DNA of 53,141 nucleotides from a virus (IMGVR_UViG_3300030389_000481:1-53141), one strand, 5' to 3'; shown: positions 38,813 through 48,639, numbered from the stretch's first letter. Program-made: numbers and translations. Notes: generated from the letters alone by a model not told the origin.

Positions 38813-40708
38813 TTACCCCTCACAGGCTATACATTCCACATCATCCAACTTTATTCGTGGAACTTTAATATTTACATTCTCTACATTTCTAGCAGCGTTG
38901 GACCTAAAATAGTAAAGTGATTTAAGTTTATTCATACCATACCAATGAACATCATTTACATACTGCATGTATTCATCATGAGTATCTTGCCCTTCTGTTG
39001 CTTTTGGTAAAGTAAAAAAGAGATTAACAGATTGTGCTTGACAAATATATTGTTGTCTTTGATAGGCATGTTCAACTACCCATATCTGATTTATCTCATT
39101 TGCTGTTTTAAATACTTCTTTTTCTTCATCAGTAAGAATATCTAAGTGTTGAACTGAACCATCCTTCCCAGATATATCTTTCCAAAGCTCCTCTAATTCT
39201 TTACCCTTGAGTCCTTTGTCTTTGAAAATCTTTTCAAGGAATTTGTTCTTAACTTGATAACTGCCTGATAAAGTTTTGTGAGTATATGCGTTGGCACGAT
39301 AAGGCTCAATAGAAGGACTAGTACCGGAACAGATAATCCCAGAACTAGCGTTAGGAGCAATAGCAAGAAGATTAGCATTGCGACTGTCATGACCATGTAA
39401 ATCAGGGCATTCACCACGCAACTCAGCAAGTCTTTTAGAAGCTTTAGAAGCTTTGTCTTTGATGTGTTTAAAAGCTTTATGGTTGAAACTCGTAGCGAAT
39501 AATCCCTCGAATGGAATATTTCTAGACTGGAGGTAAGCATGGAATCCCATAGAGCCAAGACCCAACGACCTTTCTCTATAAGCAGAGTATGCAGATTTTG
39601 CAAACCCTTCTTTACCTTCCTTGACATACTTACTAAACCTTGTGTAATTTGCACTATAGCCTCCTAGCTGTGATGTATCTACAGCATTTTCAATATAATG
39701 TTCTATAACATTATCTAACATTGTTATTAAGTCTTCGATAAACTGTGGGTCTTTGGACCAAGTATCAAAGTGTTCTAAGTTAACAGATGATAAACAACAT
39801 ACTGCTGTTCTTTCTTCATCTGTTGGTAAAGTAATCTCTGAACATAAATTACTTTGTTTAATTGATAACCCTAATTTCTTTTGAGGTTCTGGTAAAGCAT
39901 CATTACAAGTATCAATATTAACCATGTAAGGTTCACCAGTCTCTGCTCTAGCATTTATAATTTGGAACCATAAGTCTCTAGCATTGATAGTCTTAACAGC
40001 TTCATTAGTCTTAGGGTCAATAAGTCTCCAGTCTTCATCATTCTTAACAGCATCTAAGAATGCATTAGTAATGTTTACTCCATTGTGTAAGTTCAAACAT
40101 TTTCTATTTATATCACCACCAGATTCTTTTCTCATGTTGATAAATTCTTCTATCTCTGGATGACTAACATCCATGTAAGCAGCATAAGAGCCTCTCCTTG
40201 TGGTGCCTTGATTAAAGGCTAACATCTGAGAGTCTACTACATGCATGAATGGAATAGAGCCAGTTGAACGAGAGCCATGAGTAGTAGATATACCATTGCT
40301 CCTAACATCACCCCAGTATCCACCGATACCTCCACCTGAACTAGCCAACCATATATTTTCATCGAAGTGAGCAGATAGACCAGTCCTAGAGTCAGGTACA
40401 TAATTAAGAAAACAAGAGATAGGTAACCCACGAGTGGTACCCCCGTTGCTAAGTATAGGAGTGCTAAACATGAACCACCTCCGGGAACTGTAGTTATAAA
40501 TTCTTTGAGCCATTTCATAATCTGTATCTCCTTTAAATGTAGATGCATAAACAGAAGCTCTGGCAAGTGCTTCCTGTGCGTGAGTTTCATCCCCCCAGAA
40601 ATACCTATCTCTAAGAGTGTCTATACTAAACTTGTCAAAGTCTTTTTCTCTGTCATAGTCTATTTGTATACCAAGGTATTCTTTAATACCTACTTTGTCT
40701 GTTATCAT
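38813..40708 (-). CDS. nrdA: Ribonucleotide reductase class I alpha subunit (no ATP cone)
   Basis: STPILSNG, ISCFL, SNLCSEI, APNASS, KSLYY, C-terminal CIACEG. Confidence 0.95.
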   Translation of the reverse strand: MITDKVGIKEYLGIQIDYDREKDFDKFSIDTLRDRYFWGDETHAQEALARASVYASTFKGDTDYEMAQRIYNYSSRRWFMFSTPILSNGGTTRGLPISCFLNYVPDSRTGLSAHFDENIWLASSGGGIGGYWGDVRSNGISTTHGSRSTGSIPFMHVVDSQMLAFNQGTTRRGSYAAYMDVSHPEIEEFINMRKESGGDINRKCLNLHNGVNITNAFLDAVKNDEDWRLIDPKTNEAVKTINARDLWFQIINARAETGEPYMVNIDTCNDALPEPQKKLGLSIKQSNLCSEITLPTDEERTAVCCLSSVNLEHFDTWSKDPQFIEDLITMLDNVIEHYIENAVDTSQLGGYSANYTRFSKYVKEGKEGFAKSAYSAYRERSLGLGSMGFHAYLQSRNIPFEGLFATSFNHKAFKHIKDKASKASKRLAELRGECPDLHGHDSRNANLLAIAPNASSGIICSGTSPSIEPYRANAYTHKTLSGSYQVKNKFLEKIFKDKGLKGKELEELWKDISGKDGSVQHLDILTDEEKEVFKTANEINQIWVVEHAYQRQQYICQAQSVNLFFTLPKATEGQDTHDEYMQYVNDVHWYGMNKLKSLYYFRSNAARNVENVNIKVPRIKLDDVECIACEG

Positions 40709-41295
40709 TATTTAAACCTTTTTCCTTCAAACCAAGCTACTAAAGTTCTTCTAGTTCCTGATGTAACTGGTGTTACTCTATGTAATAAAAAAGAAGGAAA
40801 TACTAAAACACTTCCTCTATCATATATATTGTTTGGTAAGTCTTGTCCTGAACCATCTCTTAAATGGAACTCTCCCCCTTCATATTCATCACCATCACTT
40901 AATTGAACAGTCACACTTAACTTTCTATGAAAGGCATTAGGTGTATCTAAAAAAGTATCTATATGCCAATCATAGTGGTCACCACCATCATGATAAACAG
41001 TATACTGAACACTATCTAAATAACTAATATCAAATCCAAAATTAGTTCTGTTAGCATCATTAACTACATTCCATAATTTATTTGATACTACATTCCATAA
41101 CTCATTATGGTTAGAATTATTATACTGAATAAATCCTGTTTTGCTTTTTCTGTATAAAGATTCTTTATCTCCTTCCTCTCCAATAACAGCATTGTTTATA
41201 TCTAAAACTTTTTCAGACTCTTGTATAATCCAGTCGCACTCTGCATCACTAAATTCATTCCCATATATTTTATTACTTTTCATAATCCCACTCAT
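40708..41295 (-). CDS. 2OG-Fe(II) oxygenase (prolyl-4-hydroxylase-like)
   Basis: HYDWHID, RKLS, YEGGE, FPSF..HRVTPVTSGTR. Confidence 0.9.
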   Translation of the reverse strand: MSGIMKSNKIYGNEFSDAECDWIIQESEKVLDINNAVIGEEGDKESLYRKSKTGFIQYNNSNHNELWNVVSNKLWNVVNDANRTNFGFDISYLDSVQYTVYHDGGDHYDWHIDTFLDTPNAFHRKLSVTVQLSDGDEYEGGEFHLRDGSGQDLPNNIYDRGSVLVFPSFLLHRVTPVTSGTRRTLVAWFEGKRFK

Positions 41296-42070
41296 AATTT
41301 TTTACTAGTTGCCAGTATCTTAATATACTGTTAAACATTTCTTTATGTTTCTCATGTGACTCTGTATCCCATACATGAAACAACACAATGCTTGTATCTG
41401 CTCTATCTACAAATATAGATATTCTTTCAGGCATATCTACTCCCATGCCTTGAGCATAAGCAGATAGTTGCATACCATGTTCATCATACACTAAGCGAGA
41501 AGGGTCTTTACCTTCTAAGTTATCTTTGGTCTTAAAGTCTACAAAGACATTGTCGCAATATAAATCTATCTTGCCACCATATCCTTGAGGTGCACAGAAA
41601 GACCCCTCTGCTATCCATTCAGGATAGGAAGGATAATTTTCATCCAACCATTCCTTTATAATCTTGTATGGTTTGTATTTTCTTTTACCTTGAAATCCAC
41701 TTTCTATTTGAGCATGGATTTTAGTTCCTTGTCTGGCAGCACTAAGCCCAACCTCTTTAGCTTGTGATTTACATCTTGAAGCATAAGAATGAAACGACTC
41801 GTTCTTCCCTTGTTCAAGAGCAACAGAAGCTTCTAGAGCTTGATTAATCTTCCAATTTTCTAATGCAGGTTTTCCAATCATACCAATGATGGTAGTAACT
41901 GATGGAACAAGACCTAATGATTTAGCATCTCTTAGTGTGGTATTTCTTTCTTTACCATTTGCACCAATGATAGTATAAGCAGGTTCTCCCTCTTTATCAT
42001 ACCAATGCCCTGACTCGGATGTAAACTTATTATAGTTATCTAATTTAGTTTTGTCAATATCACTACTCAT
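41273..42070 (-). CDS. PD-(D/E)XK Cas4-like exonuclease
   Basis: PSVTTI, GTKIH, GKID...DFKT, QLSAY. Confidence 0.8.
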   Translation of the reverse strand: MSSDIDKTKLDNYNKFTSESGHWYDKEGEPAYTIIGANGKERNTTLRDAKSLGLVPSVTTIIGMIGKPALENWKINQALEASVALEQGKNESFHSYASRCKSQAKEVGLSAARQGTKIHAQIESGFQGKRKYKPYKIIKEWLDENYPSYPEWIAEGSFCAPQGYGGKIDLYCDNVFVDFKTKDNLEGKDPSRLVYDEHGMQLSAYAQGMGVDMPERISIFVDRADTSIVLFHVWDTESHEKHKEMFNSILRYWQLVKNYEWDYEK

Positions 42071-42504
42071 TTTAACCCCTTGAATATTTTAAATACATCT
42101 TGTTTAAATAATTTATTTATTTCTAATAGATATAATCTACTAGCATTATGGTCTCCACCTTTTACTGACTTTTTAAAATCAAGTTTTTTAATTAACTGTT
42201 TTAGTTTAGGAACTTCAAATACTAATATACAAAATATATCATCCTCTATACACAAACAATGGAACCAGTAGTCAGCTTCTGTAGCTGCAATACCGGAAGG
42301 TTTACCATATGATTGATACTCAATACATATGTTTCCTGTTTTCATCCACATTCCTCTTTCAGATTTAACTTCAATCTTTTTGTTTTGGAACATGTCTGCA
42401 ATTTTATCTTCTCTAATTTGACCATACTCTAAATCTAGGTCAAACTTTTTTCTGTCTTCTTTAGTGGGTTTCACTCCAATCACCTCCGACTTTATATTCG
42501 CCAT
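42067..42504 (-). CDS. PD-(D/E)XK-type putative endonuclease
   Basis: IEVKS...TGNI.IE...GKPSGI..T.ADYW. Confidence 0.65.
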   Translation of the reverse strand: MANIKSEVIGVKPTKEDRKKFDLDLEYGQIREDKIADMFQNKKIEVKSERGMWMKTGNICIEYQSYGKPSGIAATEADYWFHCLCIEDDIFCILVFEVPKLKQLIKKLDFKKSVKGGDHNASRLYLLEINKLFKQDVFKIFKGLK

Positions 42505-44185
42505 CTAATTCGCAACGCAACTTATAAAATTCACCGGCTTGTTTTATCGCATCACACCCTAAACTACCAACTCTATCTGCTTCACTTGATAATACTTCTA
42601 ACTGCCATTCATCATGTATGTTAGCTACAAACTTAGCATCAATGTTACTAGCTTTAATTGATTCATTTAAAATACACATAGCTTTCTTCATTACTATAGC
42701 ACCACTACCTTGTAGTAGAGTGTTCAAAGCAGAGTGAGGACTTCTGACATATATTTTTCTTCTGTCAATTCCTAGTAAAAACCCTCTACTTGCAGCCATC
42801 TGCACCTTATCTCTTAATTTTCTTAATGCAGGTAAGTTCTTAAAAAATCTTTCTTTCAGTTCTTTACCTTTCTTAATATTACCTTTAGCTATCTTACCTA
42901 TCTTAGCATCACCTGCTCCATAAACCAAAGCATATATAAATGTTTTAGCTTGGTCTCTAGTTTGTAATCCTGCTAACTCTTGATTGGTTGTATGTATATC
43001 TCCATGTAAAACTTCATTAATATAATTATCATCAGCCATGTAGTGAGCTAACATTCTTAACTCTAATCCACTAGCATCTATACCTACTAACTTATAGTTT
43101 TCTGGCACAGTAAAACATGCCCTACATTCCTTACCAAAAGGACTTCCTAAGTTTGGAACTTGAGCCATGTTAGGATTTCTATGAGTCATTCTGCCTGTTA
43201 TAGTTCCATTGGGAATAACTCTACCATGAACTCTATTATCTTTTAGTTCATCTATCCATGATGATATTTGTGCTATTCTTTTTTGGAATAGTAAATAGTC
43301 TGCTATTAGTTTAGCTTCTTCAATATGTTCAATCTTTTTAAGTGTGCCTTCATCTACAATAGGTTGACCAGTAGGAGTAAACCTTTCAGGTTTCCAACCA
43401 AAGTCAATAAGATATTCTCCTATTTGTTTGCGACTTCCTAAATTAAACTCAACTAACTTCTGTCTCATAAAAGGTTCAACACTTTGATTTTTAATACAGT
43501 TTTCATATTCTTCATCTGTTAATCCTCTCTTACTTAACTGACCATCTTTCTTGATGTATGGTGTAACTAACTTATCATCTACAAGCTTGGGTTTAAATGT
43601 AGCTTGAACTAATAGTTCTGTTTGTGCCATTCTGTCTTGTAAGTCTGCAAGTAATTCCATTGCTTGTCTTTCATTAAAATGAAATCCTGTTTGTTCTTGC
43701 TCTGTAATAATCCCTGCTACTGCATGTTCTAGCTCTAGTGAGTGCTTACTAAAACCTTTACTTTCATTCAACAAATGCAAATATACTTTTTCATTTAACA
43801 ATACATCACCTGCACAATACTCTAACATGGTAGGAGAATAAGAGGTGAAATCTTCTGGCTGTTCTTGCTTAAACATTCCAACTCTATATCCCCATGTCTT
43901 TAGACTATGTCCATTTTCCCTTACAGGATTGTAAAGTCTGGACATCACTAAAGTATCCACTACTTCCCCATGATAATCAAAGTCATGCAGTTCCTTTAAT
44001 ACTCTTAAATCAAAACCAATTATATTGTGACCAATTAAAGTGTCAGCTTTACTAAGTAAATCTAAACCATCTTGTATTTCATTTGGACCAAACTTATATA
44101 ACTTGCCTTCTAAATCTTTTGCAACTAAACACCAAACTCTTGTAGCAAGTAAATCATCTGTCTCTATATCAAAAATCAATTTCAT
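42461..44185 (-). CDS. DNA polymerase family A (T7-like, with 3'-5' exonuclease)
   Basis: DIETD exo, DASGLELR, R..AKTFIY...YG, HDE; start likely MKLIF at 44185. Confidence 0.95.
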   Translation of the reverse strand: MKLIFDIETDDLLATRVWCLVAKDLEGKLYKFGPNEIQDGLDLLSKADTLIGHNIIGFDLRVLKELHDFDYHGEVVDTLVMSRLYNPVRENGHSLKTWGYRVGMFKQEQPEDFTSYSPTMLEYCAGDVLLNEKVYLHLLNESKGFSKHSLELEHAVAGIITEQEQTGFHFNERQAMELLADLQDRMAQTELLVQATFKPKLVDDKLVTPYIKKDGQLSKRGLTDEEYENCIKNQSVEPFMRQKLVEFNLGSRKQIGEYLIDFGWKPERFTPTGQPIVDEGTLKKIEHIEEAKLIADYLLFQKRIAQISSWIDELKDNRVHGRVIPNGTITGRMTHRNPNMAQVPNLGSPFGKECRACFTVPENYKLVGIDASGLELRMLAHYMADDNYINEVLHGDIHTTNQELAGLQTRDQAKTFIYALVYGAGDAKIGKIAKGNIKKGKELKERFFKNLPALRKLRDKVQMAASRGFLLGIDRRKIYVRSPHSALNTLLQGSGAIVMKKAMCILNESIKASNIDAKFVANIHDEWQLEVLSSEADRVGSLGCDAIKQAGEFYKLRCELDGEYKVGGDWSETH

Positions 44186-45812
44186 TATCGAATGTCTCCT
44201 CCTCTGTAAGTTCATGTAGTCTACCAGTATCAACATCATATGTAAGACTACAAGCCATACCTGTGTCGCCTGTATATCTTGATTTCAATACACGAACTTT
44301 TGTTATATTAGCTTCTTCTGGATTTTCTGCTTGTTGATTTCTCTCCAATGCAATCACACAATCGGACAACTGTGCTATTCCTTGTGAACCTTTAAGATGT
44401 GAGAGAGATACTTCTATGCCTTTCTCATGTCCTCTGTCTCCAGAAGCTCTACGCAAGTGAGAAACAAGTATCATCCCAACACCTGTCTCCTCTACCAAAC
44501 TACGAAGTCTGTTCATGAGCATATCAATACCTCTCCTTTCATCACCCTCTGTCAACACATTTACCAACATGTGTAAGTGGTCAACAACTACCCAGTCACA
44601 CTCACATCCTACAATAATATATCTGAGCTTAGAAAAGATTTCATCAATATCAGTAGCTCCTAAATGTGCATGGATAAATACTCTACCCTTTTGAATTGCC
44701 TTATCAAAGAAGGCATTTAGTTCTTCATCAGAATAATTCTTTCGTTTCTCTGTAAGATACAGTCTGTCATTAGCTTCAATAGATACAATACCATCTGCAG
44801 TTCTCACCCAGTTTTCTTCTAATGCCACAATACCTACATTATCTTTTGTGTTCTTAATTAAATGGTGTTCAAGTTCTCTAGTCACACTAGACTTACCTAG
44901 TCCTGTTCCACCAGTTAAAGTTACCAGCTCACCTTTTCTCATACCATAGAGTTTCTTGTTCAGTCCTTCCCAAGGATAAGCAATACTTTCTTTAACTTCT
45001 CTATGTAACCAGTCACTCTTTTTATCATGTAGTTCTATAATGCCAGAGGGAGTGTAAGTCTTAGCTTCCCACCAAGAATTAGTAAACTCTTTGAACTTTT
45101 TCTTGACAAGCATTTCGTTTGCATCCTTGTATCCATTTGGTAAGTTTACTATCTTAGCTTTGCCCGGCTTAAGAATACGAGCCACCTGTCTGGCAGCTTC
45201 TCTACCTGCCTTGTCATTATCAAAACAAAGAACAACATTGTCGAAGCTTTCAACAAACTCAATGCTCTCTCTAATATCTTTTACAGCAGAAGATGCTCCT
45301 CGTTTGATAGATACAACTGCCCACTTGTCTTGAAACAATTCATTGACTGCCATTGCATCACATTCACCCTCAGTAATTGTTAGATACTTACCACCAGTAT
45401 TACGATACAACTGCTCACCAAACAAACCTGTTCCTTGAAAACTTCCATTGCAAGTAAAGTTTTTATTGTCAACATATCTAGTTTTAGTTCCAACTATTTC
45501 ACTTCCATTGTAGTAAGGATATATATGTTGTTTGATTTTATTATTATTATCTCTTACTGTCCTTACTCCAAACTTCCTTGCAGTATTTTCAGATATGCCT
45601 CTATCCTCTAAAGAACTATAGCTCCCTGTATATGAAGTAAGAAAAGTAGTTTCGCTTTTTATAGGTGTAATGTTTGCTTCACCAGTCTCATAATCATAGT
45701 AAGCATTACAACTGAAACATTTTGCATAGCCATTACTATTCAATGACACAGCATCTGAACTGTCACACTTCTTGCATGGCAGTTTATGTTTAACAAATTT
45801 AGAATTTTCCAT
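44169..45812 (-). CDS. T7 gp4-like primase-helicase
   Basis: Cys4 zinc finger, TOPRIM EGE.D/FDND, GTGLGKS, DHL, LKGS. Confidence 0.95.
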   Translation of the reverse strand: MENSKFVKHKLPCKKCDSSDAVSLNSNGYAKCFSCNAYYDYETGEANITPIKSETTFLTSYTGSYSSLEDRGISENTARKFGVRTVRDNNNKIKQHIYPYYNGSEIVGTKTRYVDNKNFTCNGSFQGTGLFGEQLYRNTGGKYLTITEGECDAMAVNELFQDKWAVVSIKRGASSAVKDIRESIEFVESFDNVVLCFDNDKAGREAARQVARILKPGKAKIVNLPNGYKDANEMLVKKKFKEFTNSWWEAKTYTPSGIIELHDKKSDWLHREVKESIAYPWEGLNKKLYGMRKGELVTLTGGTGLGKSSVTRELEHHLIKNTKDNVGIVALEENWVRTADGIVSIEANDRLYLTEKRKNYSDEELNAFFDKAIQKGRVFIHAHLGATDIDEIFSKLRYIIVGCECDWVVVDHLHMLVNVLTEGDERRGIDMLMNRLRSLVEETGVGMILVSHLRRASGDRGHEKGIEVSLSHLKGSQGIAQLSDCVIALERNQQAENPEEANITKVRVLKSRYTGDTGMACSLTYDVDTGRLHELTEEETFDNEIDF

Positions 45813-45844
45813 AAGTCACTATCTCCAATAATAGAATTAAAAAG

Positions 45845-45918
45845 TGTGGCGTTGTTCATATGGCGTGAGCCAAACTGGATTTATACTTTAATGGTTATCC
45901 ACTTTTCCACCAACCACA
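45845..45918 (-). ncRNA. Structured RNA motif, copy 1
   Basis: Shares core sequence with 48526-48639; stems covary between copies. Confidence 0.7.
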
Positions 45919-45926
45919 GGGGGATA

Positions 45927-46157
45927 CTAAGACTCGGGTTGATAAATTACATCATTCGTTAAGAATGGTTGTAATTGATTATTCAACTCGGTAATCGCAG
46001 CCTTTAAGACTATCGACCTTTTGCCCAAAGTATTGAGTTCACTCTGCGTTGCTAACAATGCATAGTAAATACCTTGTGCTTCCTCACTTAGTTTGAGGAC
46101 ATCATATTCCATATCATCTACACGATATGTAATCTTTGGTTGTTTTTCATCTGCCAT
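45927..46157 (-). CDS. Hypothetical protein
   Basis: 76 aa; DD.EYDV..LSEEA then coiled coil. Confidence 0.65.
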   Translation of the reverse strand: MADEKQPKITYRVDDMEYDVLKLSEEAQGIYYALLATQSELNTLGKRSIVLKAAITELNNQLQPFLTNDVIYQPES

Positions 46158-46159
46158 GA

Positions 46160-46573
46160 TTAAAACTCCTCGCCTTCATCGAAGAACTCAGAGCCATCTT
46201 CAGCTTTATACTCAACCAAGTCAATGATTTGAACAGCTTGTAGGTCAAGACTTTTACCTTCTTTACCTGCATATTCCCATTCATATTCATTGCATTGAAC
46301 TCTAACTTTAGAGCCATTACCAACAGCTAGATTTACATCTTGCTTATTTTGGTCAAGTAGTCTTGGTGCATTCCTAACCATTCCGTTAGGACCATTCACC
46401 TTCCTCTTGATAATTAAAGCAGGACCTTCATCCATCTGCTTTACTGTATGACCTTTACTAGCAAAGTCATCAGCAACATCCTGTTCAACAACCAAGTTGA
46501 CTGTATAAACAGGTTCAAAAGTCGTATTAGGTGTCTTAATTGATGCCCAATACGCAGTTCCATCTATTATCAT
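46160..46573 (-). CDS. ssDNA-binding protein (T7 gp2.5-like)
   Basis: G.AYWA, VGNGSKV, LQAVQIIDLVEY; acidic tail ending in F. Confidence 0.85.
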   Translation of the reverse strand: MIIDGTAYWASIKTPNTTFEPVYTVNLVVEQDVADDFASKGHTVKQMDEGPALIIKRKVNGPNGMVRNAPRLLDQNKQDVNLAVGNGSKVRVQCNEYEWEYAGKEGKSLDLQAVQIIDLVEYKAEDGSEFFDEGEEF

Positions 46574-46604
46574 AATTACCCTCCATAGGTTAAAATAGAA
46601 TTAG

Positions 46605-46638
46605 CGAGAGTTTTCGAGCCACCTACTCTCAGAGGTGA
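46605..46638 (-). promoter_or_regulatory. H-type pseudoknot in the SSB leader
   Basis: UCACCU-C-UGAGAG-U-AGGUGG-CUCGAAAA-CUCUCG. Confidence 0.7.
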
Positions 46639-46702
46639 GGTTTCCCAACCTACTATAATGGAGATAGAGGTTTCGGTTGCTCGTAATTCTATCATCCATG
46701 CC

Positions 46703-46731
46703 ATATTACTCAACATCATTTATCTTGTCAA
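46703..46731 (-). promoter_or_regulatory. Sigma70 promoter for SSB/replication genes
   Basis: TTGACA-17 bp-TAATAT. Confidence 0.65.
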
Positions 46732-46933
46732 GCATACAGTCTAGTTCTTTCATAAACTGTTCATCAGTTTTATCTGTCTTGTTTAAAAGTTCTATCTCAA
46801 ACTTCCTTTCATTTGTTCCCATGTTATTAATACATGTGACTAAGTGTGGTATATCTACATCCATAAACTTTTTTAGTTTATCAATGCTTTGGGTAAACTC
46901 CCGATATTCTTCTTCTGTTAGTATTGCTTTCAT
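46706..46933 (-). CDS. Hypothetical protein
   Basis: ORF with GGA RBS. Confidence 0.6.
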   Translation of the reverse strand: MKAILTEEEYREFTQSIDKLKKFMDVDIPHLVTCINNMGTNERKFEIELLNKTDKTDEQFMKELDCMLDKINDVE

Positions 46934-47153
46934 TTCTTTTCCTTCTCTCCCTCCACCATAGATACATAAATAATAATATCAATGCAGGTTGTATTATAAC
47001 AAATATTAATATATTTGCTAACATGTATCCCAGTCCAGTCACATCACCTATCCAAACTAATACATCAACACACCAGTAAAAAAATTGTTCTACCCATGTG
47101 CCAACAGTAAATATTAAATCTGAACAGTATCCAGTTAAATTATCTTTAGTCAT
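46881..47153 (-). CDS. Hypothetical membrane protein
   Basis: Hydrophobic helices; CV..L......G..Y...NI.IF. Confidence 0.6.
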   Translation of the reverse strand: MTKDNLTGYCSDLIFTVGTWVEQFFYWCVDVLVWIGDVTGLGYMLANILIFVIIQPALILLFMYLWWRERRKRNESNTNRRRISGVYPKH

Positions 47154-47308
47154 CTACCTTGCCCTCTATATTTTTTGTAACTTCTTTTTTTACTTTTATT
47201 CATAGTAGACATTGCTATTTTAATACGCCTACCACGCCCTCCAATGCCCTGTGAGCTACTCTTTTTAACATGGTCTATGGATTGTATTGTTTTAGTTCTT
47301 ACTGCCAT
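47150..47308 (-). CDS. 52-aa basic peptide ending KKYRGQGR
   Basis: GGAGG RBS; overlaps both neighbours; below ORF-track cutoff. Confidence 0.7.
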   Translation of the reverse strand: MAVRTKTIQSIDHVKKSSSQGIGGRGRRIKIAMSTMNKSKKRSYKKYRGQGR

Positions 47309-47574
47309 TTAAGGTCATCCTCCCTATTGTTTAAAATTGTCTCTAAGTCTCCCTTTATATCATCTCTTATGGTCATCAACTGTTGAAAATCTCCAGTAAA
47401 ATCTAACCACTCCTTGCCCTCTACATCCTTTATCCAAATAATATCTTGAATACTCCCTCCATTCATAGCAAGAAGAACTATATTATCAATCGCATACGCT
47501 ACATCACTTGCATAGGTCTGCAAAGTCTCTACTGTGTTCCCCTCCATAACACATTTAATCTCGTATTTTCTCAT
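47299..47574 (-). CDS. Hypothetical protein
   Basis: 91-aa ORF in operon. Confidence 0.6.
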   Translation of the reverse strand: MRKYEIKCVMEGNTVETLQTYASDVAYAIDNIVLLAMNGGSIQDIIWIKDVEGKEWLDFTGDFQQLMTIRDDIKGDLETILNNREDDLKWQ

Positions 47575-47837
47575 TAACTATTTTCCTTATCGTGAACATA
47601 CAACATAATTATCGCATAGTGTATTAGTTTAAGTATGTCTTTCCGATTGTATCCTTGTTTCCTTCCATACCTTTTAATGTATTTAATAATATTACCCATG
47701 CAAAATCCTTCTCCCAATCCTGCATCAATAATAATATCTGTTGCTTGATATTTATTATCAGCGTAATGACTTTTGTAAGTGTCATCAATATAGTCTTGTA
47801 TTTCTTCCAGTAGTTGTGTCTCATTAAACTTATTCAT
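47574..47837 (-). CDS. DUF3310 / T7 gp1.7-like nucleotide kinase
   Basis: HY...Q..D.I......GFC.GNIIKY..RYG.K...D..K..HY. Confidence 0.75.
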   Translation of the reverse strand: MNKFNETQLLEEIQDYIDDTYKSHYADNKYQATDIIIDAGLGEGFCMGNIIKYIKRYGRKQGYNRKDILKLIHYAIIMLYVHDKENS

Positions 47838-48088
47838 TTATACTCCATTAGTTCTTTATATGTTTTAATATGTGGATACTTCTTTAATCTTTTCATTATC
47901 CATTTATCAGTCATATAAGATAACTGCATACGCCCTTCACCGAACACATGAGTTTGGTCTGGCAATAATTCCCATACATTATCTGGTGTTATCTTACTTG
48001 CTTGTTCTTCTGGCAATAGTTCCCTCAACCATTCGACTTGAATAGTTTTAACTCTACGCCTAAGTTCTTTTAGTTTTTTAGTATTCAT
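47834..48088 (-). CDS. Hypothetical protein
   Basis: AGGAG RBS; 84 aa. Confidence 0.65.
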   Translation of the reverse strand: MNTKKLKELRRRVKTIQVEWLRELLPEEQASKITPDNVWELLPDQTHVFGEGRMQLSYMTDKWIMKRLKKYPHIKTYKELMEYK

Positions 48089-48237
48089 ATACTCCTTAAA
48101 AAGTTTATCACAATTAATCCGAATATGATTATACCTGCAAGAAAAGGTAGCATCAATTCACTTTCCTTCTTGAAAGAACGCCACCATCTACGCATTTTAA
48201 TTCTATTCATTCTTTGTGCTCTTGTTAATCTTCTCAT
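48085..48237 (-). CDS. 50-aa Arg-rich protein with C-terminal TM
   Basis: MRRLTRAQRMNR...LPFLAGIIIFGLIVINF; ATGA overlaps at both ends. Confidence 0.55.
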   Translation of the reverse strand: MRRLTRAQRMNRIKMRRWWRSFKKESELMLPFLAGIIIFGLIVINFLRSI

Positions 48238-48395
48238 ATTACCCTCAATACTAATTCTTCTATGTGAATTTTTCCTAATTTAACATCATCATAACCTTCA
48301 TCAATCCAGTTATCATAATGTTCTTTTGCTTTTTTGTATGTAGTAAAGTAGTCATCACAACCACCAACCCAAACAACATATTTATAATTATTCAT
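48234..48395 (-). CDS. Hypothetical protein
   Basis: GGAGGGT RBS; VWVGG...W...GYDDV. Confidence 0.65.
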   Translation of the reverse strand: MNNYKYVVWVGGCDDYFTTYKKAKEHYDNWIDEGYDDVKLGKIHIEELVLRVI

Positions 48396-48525
48396 ATACC
48401 CTCCATAAATAGGTGCTAGTTTTTTATTAGAGACTTTGAAACTAGCAAAACAGTTGCCTCGCAATGCTGTGTTTTGTTATTTATCGACATTGAAACACCC
48501 TCGCAAATGAGAAAAAATCAGTCTA

Positions 48526-48639
48526 GTATAAGGCGTTGTTCATATGCTTTCTAATCTACTGACTAATCCTAGTGTCTTCAATCTCAAGCAAACTGGATTT
48601 ATACTTTAATATCTATCCACTTTTCCGATAACCTTATAC
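48526..48639 (-). ncRNA. Structured RNA motif, copy 2
   Basis: Same core as 45845-45918 with different paired stems and a longer variable loop. Confidence 0.7.

Noticed and set aside
39193-40906. Alternative-frame and antisense ORFs within nrdA, and similar ones inside other long genes
   Set aside because: They overlap well-supported genes and lack RBS or motifs
41273-42070. Cas4 as part of a CRISPR system
   Set aside because: Stand-alone phage exonuclease; no array or other cas genes
45845-45918. tRNA, hammerhead, twister or SAM-V identity for the twin motif
   Set aside because: No cloverleaf or T-loop, no CUGANGA/GAAA core, and twister and SAM-V consensus residues are absent
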